DNA of 64,000 bases from Myxococcales bacterium. GTDB taxonomy: Bacteria > Myxococcota_A > Polyangia > Polyangiales > Polyangiaceae. Under the pieces are notes generated by a model. That model searched no databases. It saw only the letters and a program-made list of their open reading frames with translations, and was not told the origin of the DNA. Shown here in pieces: positions 9,505-17,807 of the stretch (positions are counted from its first letter, which is position 1; each line of letters opens with the position of its first letter). The stretch lies in assembly GCA_016794345.1 (NCBI GenBank), contig JAEUKE010000200.1, forward strand, positions 99,037 through 163,036, given 5' to 3'. The translations under genes were made by a program, and so were the position numbers.

Positions 9505-11361
9505 TCATGCCTTTTTGTCGGTCAAACGGGCGAGCTCTCGAGCGAGCGCGAGGTGCCCGAACCCGCCGCCGGGCGCGTCGATGTCGATGGCGCAGAGGGC
9601 CCCGGCCGGGTCGGCCTCGACCAGCGCCGCGGCGGCGCCGGTCCCCACGTCCGCCGCGTCGGGGAAACACCGCGTGAGCACGTCGGTCGAGGCGGGCCCG
9701 AGCAGGTCCATCGAGCACGCGACCATTCGTTCGGCGGCGCCGGCGGCGACGATCTCCGCCGCCAGGGCCAGCGCGTCGAGCCCACCCCCGGGGCCGCTGG
9801 CGGTCGCGGCGCTCGGCCCGGTCAGCTCGAAGAGGATCGCGATCTGTCCCGGCATGAGGTTGGGCGAGGTGGGCGGGAACAGCCGCGGCTCCGCCGCGGC
9901 CGGCCCTCTGGCGAGGATCCTCGAATAGAACCGCTCGTTGATGTCGATCGTGGCAAGCGAGTGGCCCAGGACGATGCCCCCGCCCTGGATGCGCTCCTTC
10001 CCCAGCGCCGCCACCGCCGTCGCCGCGAGGAGCGACAGGTCGTCGATCCGCCGGATCTTGTCGGCCTCGATCCCGGTCGCGGCCGCGACGACGGCTGCAT
10101 CCGCTTGCCTCACGGACTCGAGGGCCTTGAGGTAAACGCGCCTGCTCGTCCGCGGCCCGAGGCGTCCCTTCCGCGCAGGGCTCTCGAGCACGAGCGCCGC
10201 GTTCATCCCGCCGAAGGCGGCCGACAGCTTGAGCGCCGCCCCCGATTCGAACGGCTGAGAGATCTCAAGAAGACGCGCCGGGGCGTCGGGATCGATCTCT
10301 CCCTCGCCGGCCGCGGCCGGCGCGACGCCGCGCTCCACCGCGAGCCCGGCGGCGAGCGACTCGATGATGCCGGCCGCGCCGAGCGTGTGGCCGACCTGGG
10401 CCTTCATCGGGTGCACGACCGGCGCGCGATCGTCGAGCGCCGCGCGGATGGCGCGCGACTCCATCGCGTCGTTGTAGGGCGTCGCCGTCGCGTGCGCGCT
10501 CACGAGCCCCACGTCGTCGAGGTCGACCGCGCTGTCCGCGAGGGCGGCCTTGGCCGCGCGAGCGAGCCCGCCGCCCGTCCGATCGGGCGCCGTGATGTGC
10601 ACCGCGTCCGTCGAGGCGCCGAAGCCGCTCACGAAGAACCGCGCCGGCTTACCGCGCTCCTCCCCTTCCCGCACGAGGGCCACGAGCGCAGCGCCTTCCC
10701 CGAGGGCCATGCCGTCGCGGCCGAGGCGAAAGGGAGAGGCGGGCTTCGAGGCCGTCGCGCGCAGCGACTCGAAGCCCGCCGCCACGAAAGGCCCGAGCGC
10801 GTCGTAGCCGCCGGCGATCACGACATCAACCGCTTCGCGGCGGAGCCACAAGAGGCCGACGCCGAGCGCCCACGTGCTCGCGGCGCACGCGTTGACGATC
10901 TGGAGCGACCGGACGATCTGCATGCCGCTCCGCGCGAGCGCGGCGCGCGCGGAGACGAACGGCGCGAAGTAGGTCGACGCCCCGGCCAGCGCCGCGCTCG
11001 GCTCCTCCGCCCGCTGCCGCGCCGCGAAGTAGCGCTCGGCGCTGCGCATGCCGCCGCTCGAGGTGCCGACGACGAGCCCCACGCGCGCCCGCCCTTCGAG
11101 GACGCCGGTGCCTGCGAGATCGGTCAAGAGCCCGCTCACGGCGACGGAGAGCAGCGCGTCCGCGCGGTCATCCGCAGGGGCGAGGTGGTCGTCCGAGACG
11201 CGAGCGCAGAACGGCCGAATGAACCCGTCCGCCTCCATCGTCTCGTCGCGCTCGATGGCGACCGGCGCCGGCACCCCGACGCGTGTCAGATCGATCGCCT
11301 CCTCCCCTTCCCCGAGCGGAGAGACGGCGCCGAAGGCGATGACCGACGCGCGCGCGCTCAT
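9505..11361 (-). CDS. Beta-ketoacyl-ACP synthase with fused C-terminal CLF-like (Cys-less) half
   Basis: KS triad context IVNACAAS, AVHITAP, SAHATATPYND, KAQVGHTLGAAG. C-terminal half has NLMPGQIAILFELTGPSAATASGPGGG with no Cys. ATGA overlap with the upstream gene. Confidence 0.9.
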   Translation of the reverse strand: MSARASVIAFGAVSPLGEGEEAIDLTRVGVPAPVAIERDETMEADGFIRPFCARVSDDHLAPADDRADALLSVAVSGLLTDLAGTGVLEGRARVGLVVGTSSGGMRSAERYFAARQRAEEPSAALAGASTYFAPFVSARAALARSGMQIVRSLQIVNACAASTWALGVGLLWLRREAVDVVIAGGYDALGPFVAAGFESLRATASKPASPFRLGRDGMALGEGAALVALVREGEERGKPARFFVSGFGASTDAVHITAPDRTGGGLARAAKAALADSAVDLDDVGLVSAHATATPYNDAMESRAIRAALDDRAPVVHPMKAQVGHTLGAAGIIESLAAGLAVERGVAPAAAGEGEIDPDAPARLLEISQPFESGAALKLSAAFGGMNAALVLESPARKGRLGPRTSRRVYLKALESVRQADAAVVAAATGIEADKIRRIDDLSLLAATAVAALGKERIQGGGIVLGHSLATIDINERFYSRILARGPAAAEPRLFPPTSPNLMPGQIAILFELTGPSAATASGPGGGLDALALAAEIVAAGAAERMVACSMDLLGPASTDVLTRCFPDAADVGTGAAAALVEADPAGALCAIDIDAPGGGFGHLALARELARLTDKKA

Positions 11362-12074
11362 CCGCCCTCCTTCGGCTCATCGAAGGCCTTCGCGCTCGCC
11401 CCGTCCCGACGGGACTCACACACGGCCACGACCGAGAGGCTCGTCGACTTCTGGCGGTAGCGGACGGTCGCGCAACCGAGGCCGGTCGCCTCCAGCCACT
11501 CTTCGTCCACCACGCCGCGCTCGTCGGACCACCAACGGCGGTGAGCCAGGACGTTTCCGTCATCTTTGAGCGTGGCGGTGGTCACGCGGCCGCCGTCGTC
11601 GAGCAGCACCTCGAGATCGCCGCCGACTCGCCGCGCCGCGAGGAGCCGCCCCCCGAGGGGGCGAAGCATCCACCAGCGGAGGAAGTCGACAGGCAAGCCG
11701 CGTCTCTCCTCCATGGGTGTGCCGGCGTCTCCGACGATCGTGCGGTCGATGGCGGGGACGGCGAAGCGAAACCTCTCGCCCCGCGACCAGAGATCCATGG
11801 CGGTCGTCCCACCTGGCCCGAGCAGGATCATGCGCAGCGAGTCGGGCGCACGAACGGCGACCGCGCCTCGTGCGCTGATGCCGGCCGGGATGTAGGGCGC
11901 CTCGATGGTGAGCGAGATCTTCTCGGTGCGCTCCGCCGGGATGTCGCGTGTGAGCGACGCGAGCCGCGCGCGCGCCTCGACGAACGCGGCAGGGTCGAGC
12001 GCGGGCGGCCCCGCCTTCTCGACCGCACACCCGGCGAGCGCGAAGGAGAGAAGAGCCGCCGCCAGGGTCTTCAT
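11358..12074 (-). CDS. Exported lipoprotein, possibly a LolA/LolB-fold lipid carrier (tentative)
   Basis: MKTLAAALLSFALAGC signal peptide plus lipobox. ATGA overlaps at both ends. The fold assignment rests on pattern memory and operon context only. Confidence 0.7.
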   Translation of the reverse strand: MKTLAAALLSFALAGCAVEKAGPPALDPAAFVEARARLASLTRDIPAERTEKISLTIEAPYIPAGISARGAVAVRAPDSLRMILLGPGGTTAMDLWSRGERFRFAVPAIDRTIVGDAGTPMEERRGLPVDFLRWWMLRPLGGRLLAARRVGGDLEVLLDDGGRVTTATLKDDGNVLAHRRWWSDERGVVDEEWLEATGLGCATVRYRQKSTSLSVVAVCESRRDGASAKAFDEPKEGG

Positions 12075-14251
12075 CTCGCCTCGTCGATGGCCTCGAGCAC
12101 GAACGCGTAGGATCGGTCCGGCGCCTCGCCCAACACGAGGACGGAGCTCGCTCCCCCCTGCGCGACCAGGCTCGCTGCAGCAGCGAGGGCGACCCCGCCG
12201 AGGCCGACGTGGTCGCCCGCGATGGACGCGGTCGTGAGCCGCTCGACCTGGGCCCACGGGGAGCCCTCGAGCAACGCGGCTGGGTTGGTTGCCGGCTCCG
12301 CCACGATCTTCGAGCCCGGTCCGGGTCTGGGCGCACCGGCCGCCGCCTCCTTGCCGCGCACCGAGCGCCAGAACCGAACACGCGCGAGCGGCTTGCGGCC
12401 GCGCTCCGCCGCGCTCGACGCGCGCTCGAGCAGCAGCGCGGAGGCGCCCTCCGAGTGAGACGAGAGGGTGCGCACGCCGAGGAGCGGGGCCAGCACCTTC
12501 TCCGCGAGCTGGCTCACCTCTTCCACGCTCCCCACGACCGCCGATTCACATACGCCGCCGGCGATGAGCTCGAGCCCCGTGGCGGTCGCGCTCTCGGCGG
12601 TCGTGCTCAGATCGGGCGTCGCGAGCGCCGGCCCACGCAGACCCCAGTAGATCGCGGCGTGGCTCACCGGGGACGACGGCACGAGGTTCGGGAAGTCGGC
12701 CGGGCTGGCGAGCGCGGCGCCTTTGTCGATCACGCGCTTCATGAAGCGCATCGAGCCGTCCACGTTGCCGAACGCGGTCCCGCTTATCGCGGCCATCGCC
12801 TCGCGCGACACCGGCGCCCCAGCCACGTCCGCGTCGCGGATCGCGGCGCCGATGACCGCTGCGCTGAGCCGCCCAGCGCGGTCCATTCGACGGGCCTTGC
12901 CCGCGTCGAGCCACGCCGTCGGATCCGTCGGCTCGGCCGGCGCGTCGGCGTCGCCGCGTGTCGGAGCGAGGAGCGAGGCGATCTCGGGCGCGCCCTCGAA
13001 GAGGCGCCCGCGCGCCACGACCGCGACCCCGGACACGACGATGTCCGCTGGGGCGAGCGGCTCGCGCGTGAGGCGGTCCGCCGGGCGCAAGACGACCGCG
13101 CCGCCCGTACCGCCGAAGCCGAACGAGCTCGAGAGGACCGTCATGGGCCGATCCATCTGGCGCGCCTCGAGCACGTGATCGACGTCACACGCCGGATCGG
13201 GGACGGTGAGGCCGACGGTCGGCGGCAAGCGCCGCGTCTCGACGACCTTGGAGGCGATGACGGCCTCGATGGCCCCGGCCGCGCCGAGCGTGTGGCCGAT
13301 CTGGCCCTTGCTCGACGAGACGGGCACACGCACCGGTCCGAAACACGCGCGGATCGCCGCGGCCTCCGACGAGTCGTTCAGGGGCGTCGCCGTCCCGTGG
13401 GCGTTCACGTAGCCGACGTCGCTCGGGGCGAGGTTTGCCACCGACAGCGAGCGCGCCAAGATGGCGCGCGCCGCGCCGCCGGACGGCTCGGGGTTCGTGA
13501 TGTGGTGGGCCTCACCGCCGAGGGCGTACCCCACGAGCTCCGCGACAGCGACCTTCCCGCGTGCCCTCGCCAGATCAGCACGCTCGAGGACGAGGAACGC
13601 CGCTCCCTCACCCAACGTGAGGCCCGCGCGTGTCTTGTCGAAGGGCCTGCACGGGGAAGGGTCGAGGACCGCCAGAGAGCCGAACCCGCTGTAGGTCAGC
13701 CGGCAGAGCGCGTCCGCCCCGCCCGCGAGCACGACGTCCGCCCGGCCCTCGCGGATCCAGGAGGCGCCGAGCGCCAGGGCCGCGGCGCCGCTCGTGCACG
13801 CGCAGCACACCGTGCGGGTGAGGAGGAACCGACCGAGCACCTCCTGGAGGCGGTCCGCCGTGGACGAGAGCGGATGCGTTCGAAGGCGGACCTGGACCGA
13901 CTCCGAGAGATCGGCGTCCGCCAGCTGGGTCAAGAGCTCCTCCGTCTCGAACATGCCGGCCGTGGTGCCGCCGACCACGAGCGCGACCCGATCCGTCTCG
14001 GCGAGGCCGGCGTCCGCGAGCGCCTCGCGCGCGGCCTGCACGGCCATCGCGTCGGTGCGGGCGGCCACTCCGCTCTCCGTCAGCCCGACCACCTCGGCCG
14101 CGAACCGCGACCGCGCCCCAGGCAGCTGGAACAGCGACAGCTCCCGGATCCCGCGCTCACCCGCGTAGAGCCGCGCCATCGACGAGGGGACGTCACCGCC
14201 GAGCGGCGTCACCATCCCGCAGCCGGTGATCCAGACCGCGACGTCGCTCAA
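12071..14251 (-). CDS. Beta-ketoacyl-ACP synthase with fused C-terminal CLF-like (Cys-less) half
   Basis: TVCCACTSG, EAHHITNP, NAHGTATPLND, KGQIGHTLGAAG. C-terminal half has NLVPSSPVSHAAIYWGLRGPALATPDLSTTAES. Proposed TTG start at 14251 overlaps the ACP stop (TTGA). Start is uncertain. Confidence 0.88.
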   Translation of the reverse strand: MSDVAVWITGCGMVTPLGGDVPSSMARLYAGERGIRELSLFQLPGARSRFAAEVVGLTESGVAARTDAMAVQAAREALADAGLAETDRVALVVGGTTAGMFETEELLTQLADADLSESVQVRLRTHPLSSTADRLQEVLGRFLLTRTVCCACTSGAAALALGASWIREGRADVVLAGGADALCRLTYSGFGSLAVLDPSPCRPFDKTRAGLTLGEGAAFLVLERADLARARGKVAVAELVGYALGGEAHHITNPEPSGGAARAILARSLSVANLAPSDVGYVNAHGTATPLNDSSEAAAIRACFGPVRVPVSSSKGQIGHTLGAAGAIEAVIASKVVETRRLPPTVGLTVPDPACDVDHVLEARQMDRPMTVLSSSFGFGGTGGAVVLRPADRLTREPLAPADIVVSGVAVVARGRLFEGAPEIASLLAPTRGDADAPAEPTDPTAWLDAGKARRMDRAGRLSAAVIGAAIRDADVAGAPVSREAMAAISGTAFGNVDGSMRFMKRVIDKGAALASPADFPNLVPSSPVSHAAIYWGLRGPALATPDLSTTAESATATGLELIAGGVCESAVVGSVEEVSQLAEKVLAPLLGVRTLSSHSEGASALLLERASSAAERGRKPLARVRFWRSVRGKEAAAGAPRPGPGSKIVAEPATNPAALLEGSPWAQVERLTTASIAGDHVGLGGVALAAAASLVAQGGASSVLVLGEAPDRSYAFVLEAIDEAR

Positions 14252-14520
14252 CCTGCCCCCGACCCCTTCTCTTTCGCGATGTGCGCGACGAGAGCGTCGA
14301 CCGACGCGAAGATGCTCCGCGCCTCCTGCCCTTCGGGGACCTTCACCCCGAAGTGCTCCTCCACGCACATGGCGAGCTGCAGGGCATCGAGCGAGTCGAG
14401 GCCGAGCCCTTCGCCGAAGAGGGGCGCGGCGTCATCGATGTCCTCGGGCTTCTTACCCACGAGGTTGAGCTCCTTGATCATGAGCTCTTTGAGCGATGTG
14501 CGGATCTCGTTCGCGTTCAT
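14248..14520 (-). CDS. Acyl carrier protein
   Basis: 90 aa with GLGLDSLDALQL, which contains the phosphopantetheine-attachment Ser. Confidence 0.92.
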   Translation of the reverse strand: MNANEIRTSLKELMIKELNLVGKKPEDIDDAAPLFGEGLGLDSLDALQLAMCVEEHFGVKVPEGQEARSIFASVDALVAHIAKEKGSGAG

Positions 14521-14639
14521 GCGCGCTCCTGCGCCGCCGGGCGCGAGTTTGACGAAAGCCCGATCACGCCGCTTCTACCACCTGCGGTTTCGGTTGTCTT
14601 CAGGCACGAAATCAACGCGCTTGGGGCTATCCTCGGTCC

Positions 14640-15431
14640 ATGGCCCTCGTCGACTACGAGACTTCATCTGGCGTCGCCCTCCTCACGCTCAACGACCCTC
14701 CGTTCAATGGGTACACGTACGAGATGATGAAGGACCTCGACGCGGCGATCCTCGAAGCGAGGTTCGACACGGACGTGGAGGTCATCGTGATCACCGGGCA
14801 CGGAGACAAGTTCTTCTGCTCCGGCGCGAACATCAACATGCTCAAAGAGGCGGACGAGCGGTTCAAATACTACTTCTGCCTCCACGCGAACGAGACCCTG
14901 CTCCGGCTCGAGCACACGCCCAAGCTCTGCATCGCCGCGATCCACGGGCACTGCGTCGGCGGCGGCCTCGAGATCGCCCTGGCCTGCGATCTGCGCGTCG
15001 CGCGGAAGGGCGCGGGCAAGATGGGCTTGCCGGAGGTCGCGCTCGGCGTGCTCCCCGGCACGGGTGGGACGCAGCGGCTGGCCCGGCTCGTCGGGCGCTC
15101 GAAGGCGCTGCAGCTGATGGTGGAGGGCTCCACCTTCGATTTCGAGCAGGGCCATTCCATTGGTCTTGTTCACGAGGTCTGGGAGACCGCCACGGCGGAT
15201 CAATTCAAGAGCCGCGCCATGGAGTACGCGCACCGCTTCACCAAGCCAGGAAAGGCGAGCCTGGCGGTGGGCGCGATCAAGCGCGCCGTCGCGACCGGCC
15301 TCGAGGTAGGCCTCGAGCAAGGCCTCGCGCTCGAACGTGAGCTCCAGGCGGAGCTCTTCGCCTCGGGCGACGCGAAGGAAGGGCTCGCCGCCTACACCGA
15401 CAAGCGCAAGCCGAGGTTCTCCGGACGCTGA
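14640..15431 (+). CDS. Enoyl-CoA hydratase/isomerase (crotonase) family
   Basis: FCSGANI, GHCVGGGLEIALACDLRVA, GVLPGTGGTQRL. Confidence 0.93.
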   Translation: MALVDYETSSGVALLTLNDPPFNGYTYEMMKDLDAAILEARFDTDVEVIVITGHGDKFFCSGANINMLKEADERFKYYFCLHANETLLRLEHTPKLCIAAIHGHCVGGGLEIALACDLRVARKGAGKMGLPEVALGVLPGTGGTQRLARLVGRSKALQLMVEGSTFDFEQGHSIGLVHEVWETATADQFKSRAMEYAHRFTKPGKASLAVGAIKRAVATGLEVGLEQGLALERELQAELFASGDAKEGLAAYTDKRKPRFSGR

Positions 15432-15526
15432 CGCCCGCCTCCGCACATCCCCGGCATCGAGATCCGGCAGCGGCGCACTCGCGGCAGGGGCTTTTCTCCG
15501 CGCCGGAGTTGGAGCAAGCTCACGTC

Positions 15527-15922
15527 ATGGAAGGCGAGAAGCGGTACGAGTCGTTCGAGGAGTTCTGGCCGTTTTACGTCCGCGAGCACTCGAACAAATG
15601 GACGCGGCGGTTCCATTTCGTCGGCACGACCGCGGCGGTCTCCCTCCTCGGGACCGCGCTCATCAAGCGCCGGCCGGCGCTCATCCCGCTCGCGCTCGTC
15701 GCGGGGTACGGGCCCGCGTGGTTCAGCCATTTCTTCATCGAGAAGAACCGCCCGGCGACGTTCAAATACCCGCTCTGGTCCTTGCTCGCGGACTTCAAGA
15801 TGTGGGGCAAGATGGCGCGCGGCAAGATGGACCGCGAGGTCGCGCGCGCCACGGCGCCCGCCCGCGAGGCGGCCGCCCCGTCGAACGGCGTCTCACACCA
15901 TCACGACGCGCCGGCCGCCTGA
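15527..15922 (+). CDS. DUF962 (Mpo1-like) membrane protein
   Basis: YESFEEFWPFYVREHSNKWTRRFHFVGT is the family N-terminus. ATG at 15527 has GGAG upstream. A TTG at 15509 is also possible. Confidence 0.85.
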   Translation: MEGEKRYESFEEFWPFYVREHSNKWTRRFHFVGTTAAVSLLGTALIKRRPALIPLALVAGYGPAWFSHFFIEKNRPATFKYPLWSLLADFKMWGKMARGKMDREVARATAPAREAAAPSNGVSHHHDAPAA

Positions 15923-16614
15923 TCGCCCGACCGAATCATCACCGTCTCGAAGGCGACCCCACTCGCGATCTTCGAGACGGTGGCGCGCAGCTCCACCTCG
16001 GGGCTCACCTGTCGCAGCGCGAGGCCACCGCTCGCCAGTCGCTGGAACCCTGCGGACGTGAGCCCCCCGAGCTCCGCGAGATCGAGGCCGCTCAGCTCCT
16101 CGCGCTCCGTGACGACCGCGATCCGCGCGAGATCCTCGAGGTCCATCGCGTGCTCGCGCACCGCCGAGCCGCCCGCGCCCTCGCCGATCCGGCCGCGCAG
16201 CTTCCGGTACACCTCGGAGAACGTGAACGGGCAGCTGCGCGGCGCCGCCACCTTCGCGTCCACTCGAACGGTGTCGAGCTCGAACCCCTGCGGCAGCCGC
16301 GTCGTGGCGCGCCAGACGCGCACCACCGTGCGGTCGCGCTCGTAGACGTCGCGCCCCTCCTTCGCCTCGAACTCCAGGTGACGGAAGGCCTTCCCGAGCC
16401 GCTCGCCGAAGCTCGCCCGGAGCGAGCCCAGCCCCCCGCCGTCCTCGGATTGGGCGAAGTCCACCGTCATCGTGCGCAGCCCGCGGCCGTCGACGAAGAC
16501 GTCCCAGCGATCCTCGAGCCGAACGAGGAGCGCGTCATCCGGAGAGAGCGGCGCGATCACGCGCGCGAGCTCCGGCAAGAGATGTTTCATCGTCGCTTCG
16601 CTCTGCTCATCCAT
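15901..16614 (-). CDS. Hypothetical protein
   Basis: Non-repetitive composition with balanced D/E/K/F/W, unlike the junk frames. No motif recognised. Alternative ATG at 16590. Confidence 0.55.
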   Translation of the reverse strand: MDEQSEATMKHLLPELARVIAPLSPDDALLVRLEDRWDVFVDGRGLRTMTVDFAQSEDGGGLGSLRASFGERLGKAFRHLEFEAKEGRDVYERDRTVVRVWRATTRLPQGFELDTVRVDAKVAAPRSCPFTFSEVYRKLRGRIGEGAGGSAVREHAMDLEDLARIAVVTEREELSGLDLAELGGLTSAGFQRLASGGLALRQVSPEVELRATVSKIASGVAFETVMIRSGDQAAGAS

Positions 16615-16958
16615 GGGCGCGCCGGATGATAGCTCGCGCGGTCACCGCCGCGAGGCCGACGGCGCGCCCGGCTGAGGTCGGCGTCCGGGCGCGAGCTCGA
16701 GGGGCTGGGCAGCCTCTCGCGGTCCGGAGACTGGGCTCGCCCGAGGGGCGCTGCGGAGCCCGCCTTCGATCACGGCCGGCGGAAGCAGCGGGAGCGCCTC
16801 GAGCAGCGCCACCGGGGCGAGGAAGCGGCGGAGGCAGGCGTCGGTCTCGTGAGCTCGACATGGGCGCTCGCCGAGCAAGCGGCGCGCCCGAGGGCGACCG
16901 CGTGGATCGGAAGGGCTCGCGCGGGCACAGCGGGGCGTTTTCAACGGGTGCCCATTTG

Positions 16959-16974
16959 GGGCACCGCGCTCGCG
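16959..16974 (+). promoter_or_regulatory. Candidate sigma-54 promoter (GGGCAC-N5-TCGC) overlapping a 7-bp-stem palindrome
   Basis: GG at 16960-61 and GC at 16972-73 have the canonical 12-nt offset. Two mismatches to TGGCAC-N5-TTGC. Lies 75 nt upstream of the 17048 start. Confidence 0.3.
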
Positions 16975-17047
16975 GCGCTCGCGCGCTCGCGACGTGGCGA
17001 GCGGACCTTCCGAGAATCGCCTCCGACAAGTAGGCTGAGCATCTCCG

Positions 17048-17800
17048 GTGCGCTCTCCGCTCGTCGTCGTCGCTCTCGCCCTGAGCCTGAACGTGATCCC
17101 CACGCGCGTCGCGCTCGCGGGACCGTCGGACGAGGCGAAGGCGGGCCAGCTCTTCGACAAAGCCGAGGCGGAGTACCAGGCCGGCCACTTCCGTGAGGCG
17201 ATCGATCTCCTGCTCGAGGCGCAGCGGCTCGCGCCGGACGCGGTCCTCCATTACAACCTGGCCCGCGCCTACGAAGGGCTCGGGGAGCTCGACCCTGCGC
17301 TCGCCTCGTACCGCGCCTACCTGGAGGCGGACCCGAAGACGAAGGACCGCGGCGCCGTGGAGGCGCGAATCAAGACGCTCGAGCAGCTCAAGGCCGATCG
17401 CTCGGCGCCCAAGCCAGCGCCGCCGGGGCCTCCCGCGGACAGGCCCCCTCCCCCACCCGCAGAGCCGGACAGCGCGAGCCCGGTGCCGTGGGTCATCGCC
17501 GGGATCGGTGCGCTCGGCCTCGGTGCGGCGGGCGTGCTCGGCGGGCTCTCGCTCTCGAAGAGCAACGAAGCCGAGGAGCCTGCCACGAGCGGAGAGGACG
17601 CCGCCCGCCTCACGGACGAGGCGCAGACCTTCGCCACCGGGGCCAACGTGACGTTCGGCGTGGCGGGCGCGATCCTCGCGGCCGGCCTCGTCTGGGGCAT
17701 CGTGGACGTCGCCACGCTCGGCTCCGATCCGGACAGCCCGACCGCGTCCCTTCGAGTCGAGCTCTGGGGCCCGGGCGCCCGCATCACGTCCCGGTTCTGA
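17048..17800 (+). CDS. Secreted TPR-like protein with Pro-rich linker and a C-terminal TM segment
   Basis: GTG start and signal peptide. AEYQAGHFREAIDLL..YNLARAYEGLGELDPALASYRAYL is a TPR pair. PKPAPPGPPADRPPPPP linker followed by a hydrophobic helix. Confidence 0.75.
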   Translation: MRSPLVVVALALSLNVIPTRVALAGPSDEAKAGQLFDKAEAEYQAGHFREAIDLLLEAQRLAPDAVLHYNLARAYEGLGELDPALASYRAYLEADPKTKDRGAVEARIKTLEQLKADRSAPKPAPPGPPADRPPPPPAEPDSASPVPWVIAGIGALGLGAAGVLGGLSLSKSNEAEEPATSGEDAARLTDEAQTFATGANVTFGVAGAILAAGLVWGIVDVATLGSDPDSPTASLRVELWGPGARITSRF

Positions 17801-17807
17801 GCCCGGA

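Noticed and set aside
12209-15340. A 1043-aa + strand ORF. Similar long antisense ORFs occur at 1427-3433(-), 4008-5981(+), 9100-11460(+), 16607-18061(-), 26914-28581(+), 28600-31518(+) and 35979-37598(+)
   Set aside because: These are stop-codon-poor shadow frames, typical of very GC-rich DNA. Their translations are dominated by R/A/G/P/E/D with no motifs. Each lies opposite a gene with clear family signatures.
16626-17160. ORFs of 135 aa (+) and 172 aa (-) inside the 430-nt gap
   Set aside because: Their composition is Arg/Ala/Pro/Gly junk. There are no signal peptides, no motifs and no RBS. The region is treated as non-coding.
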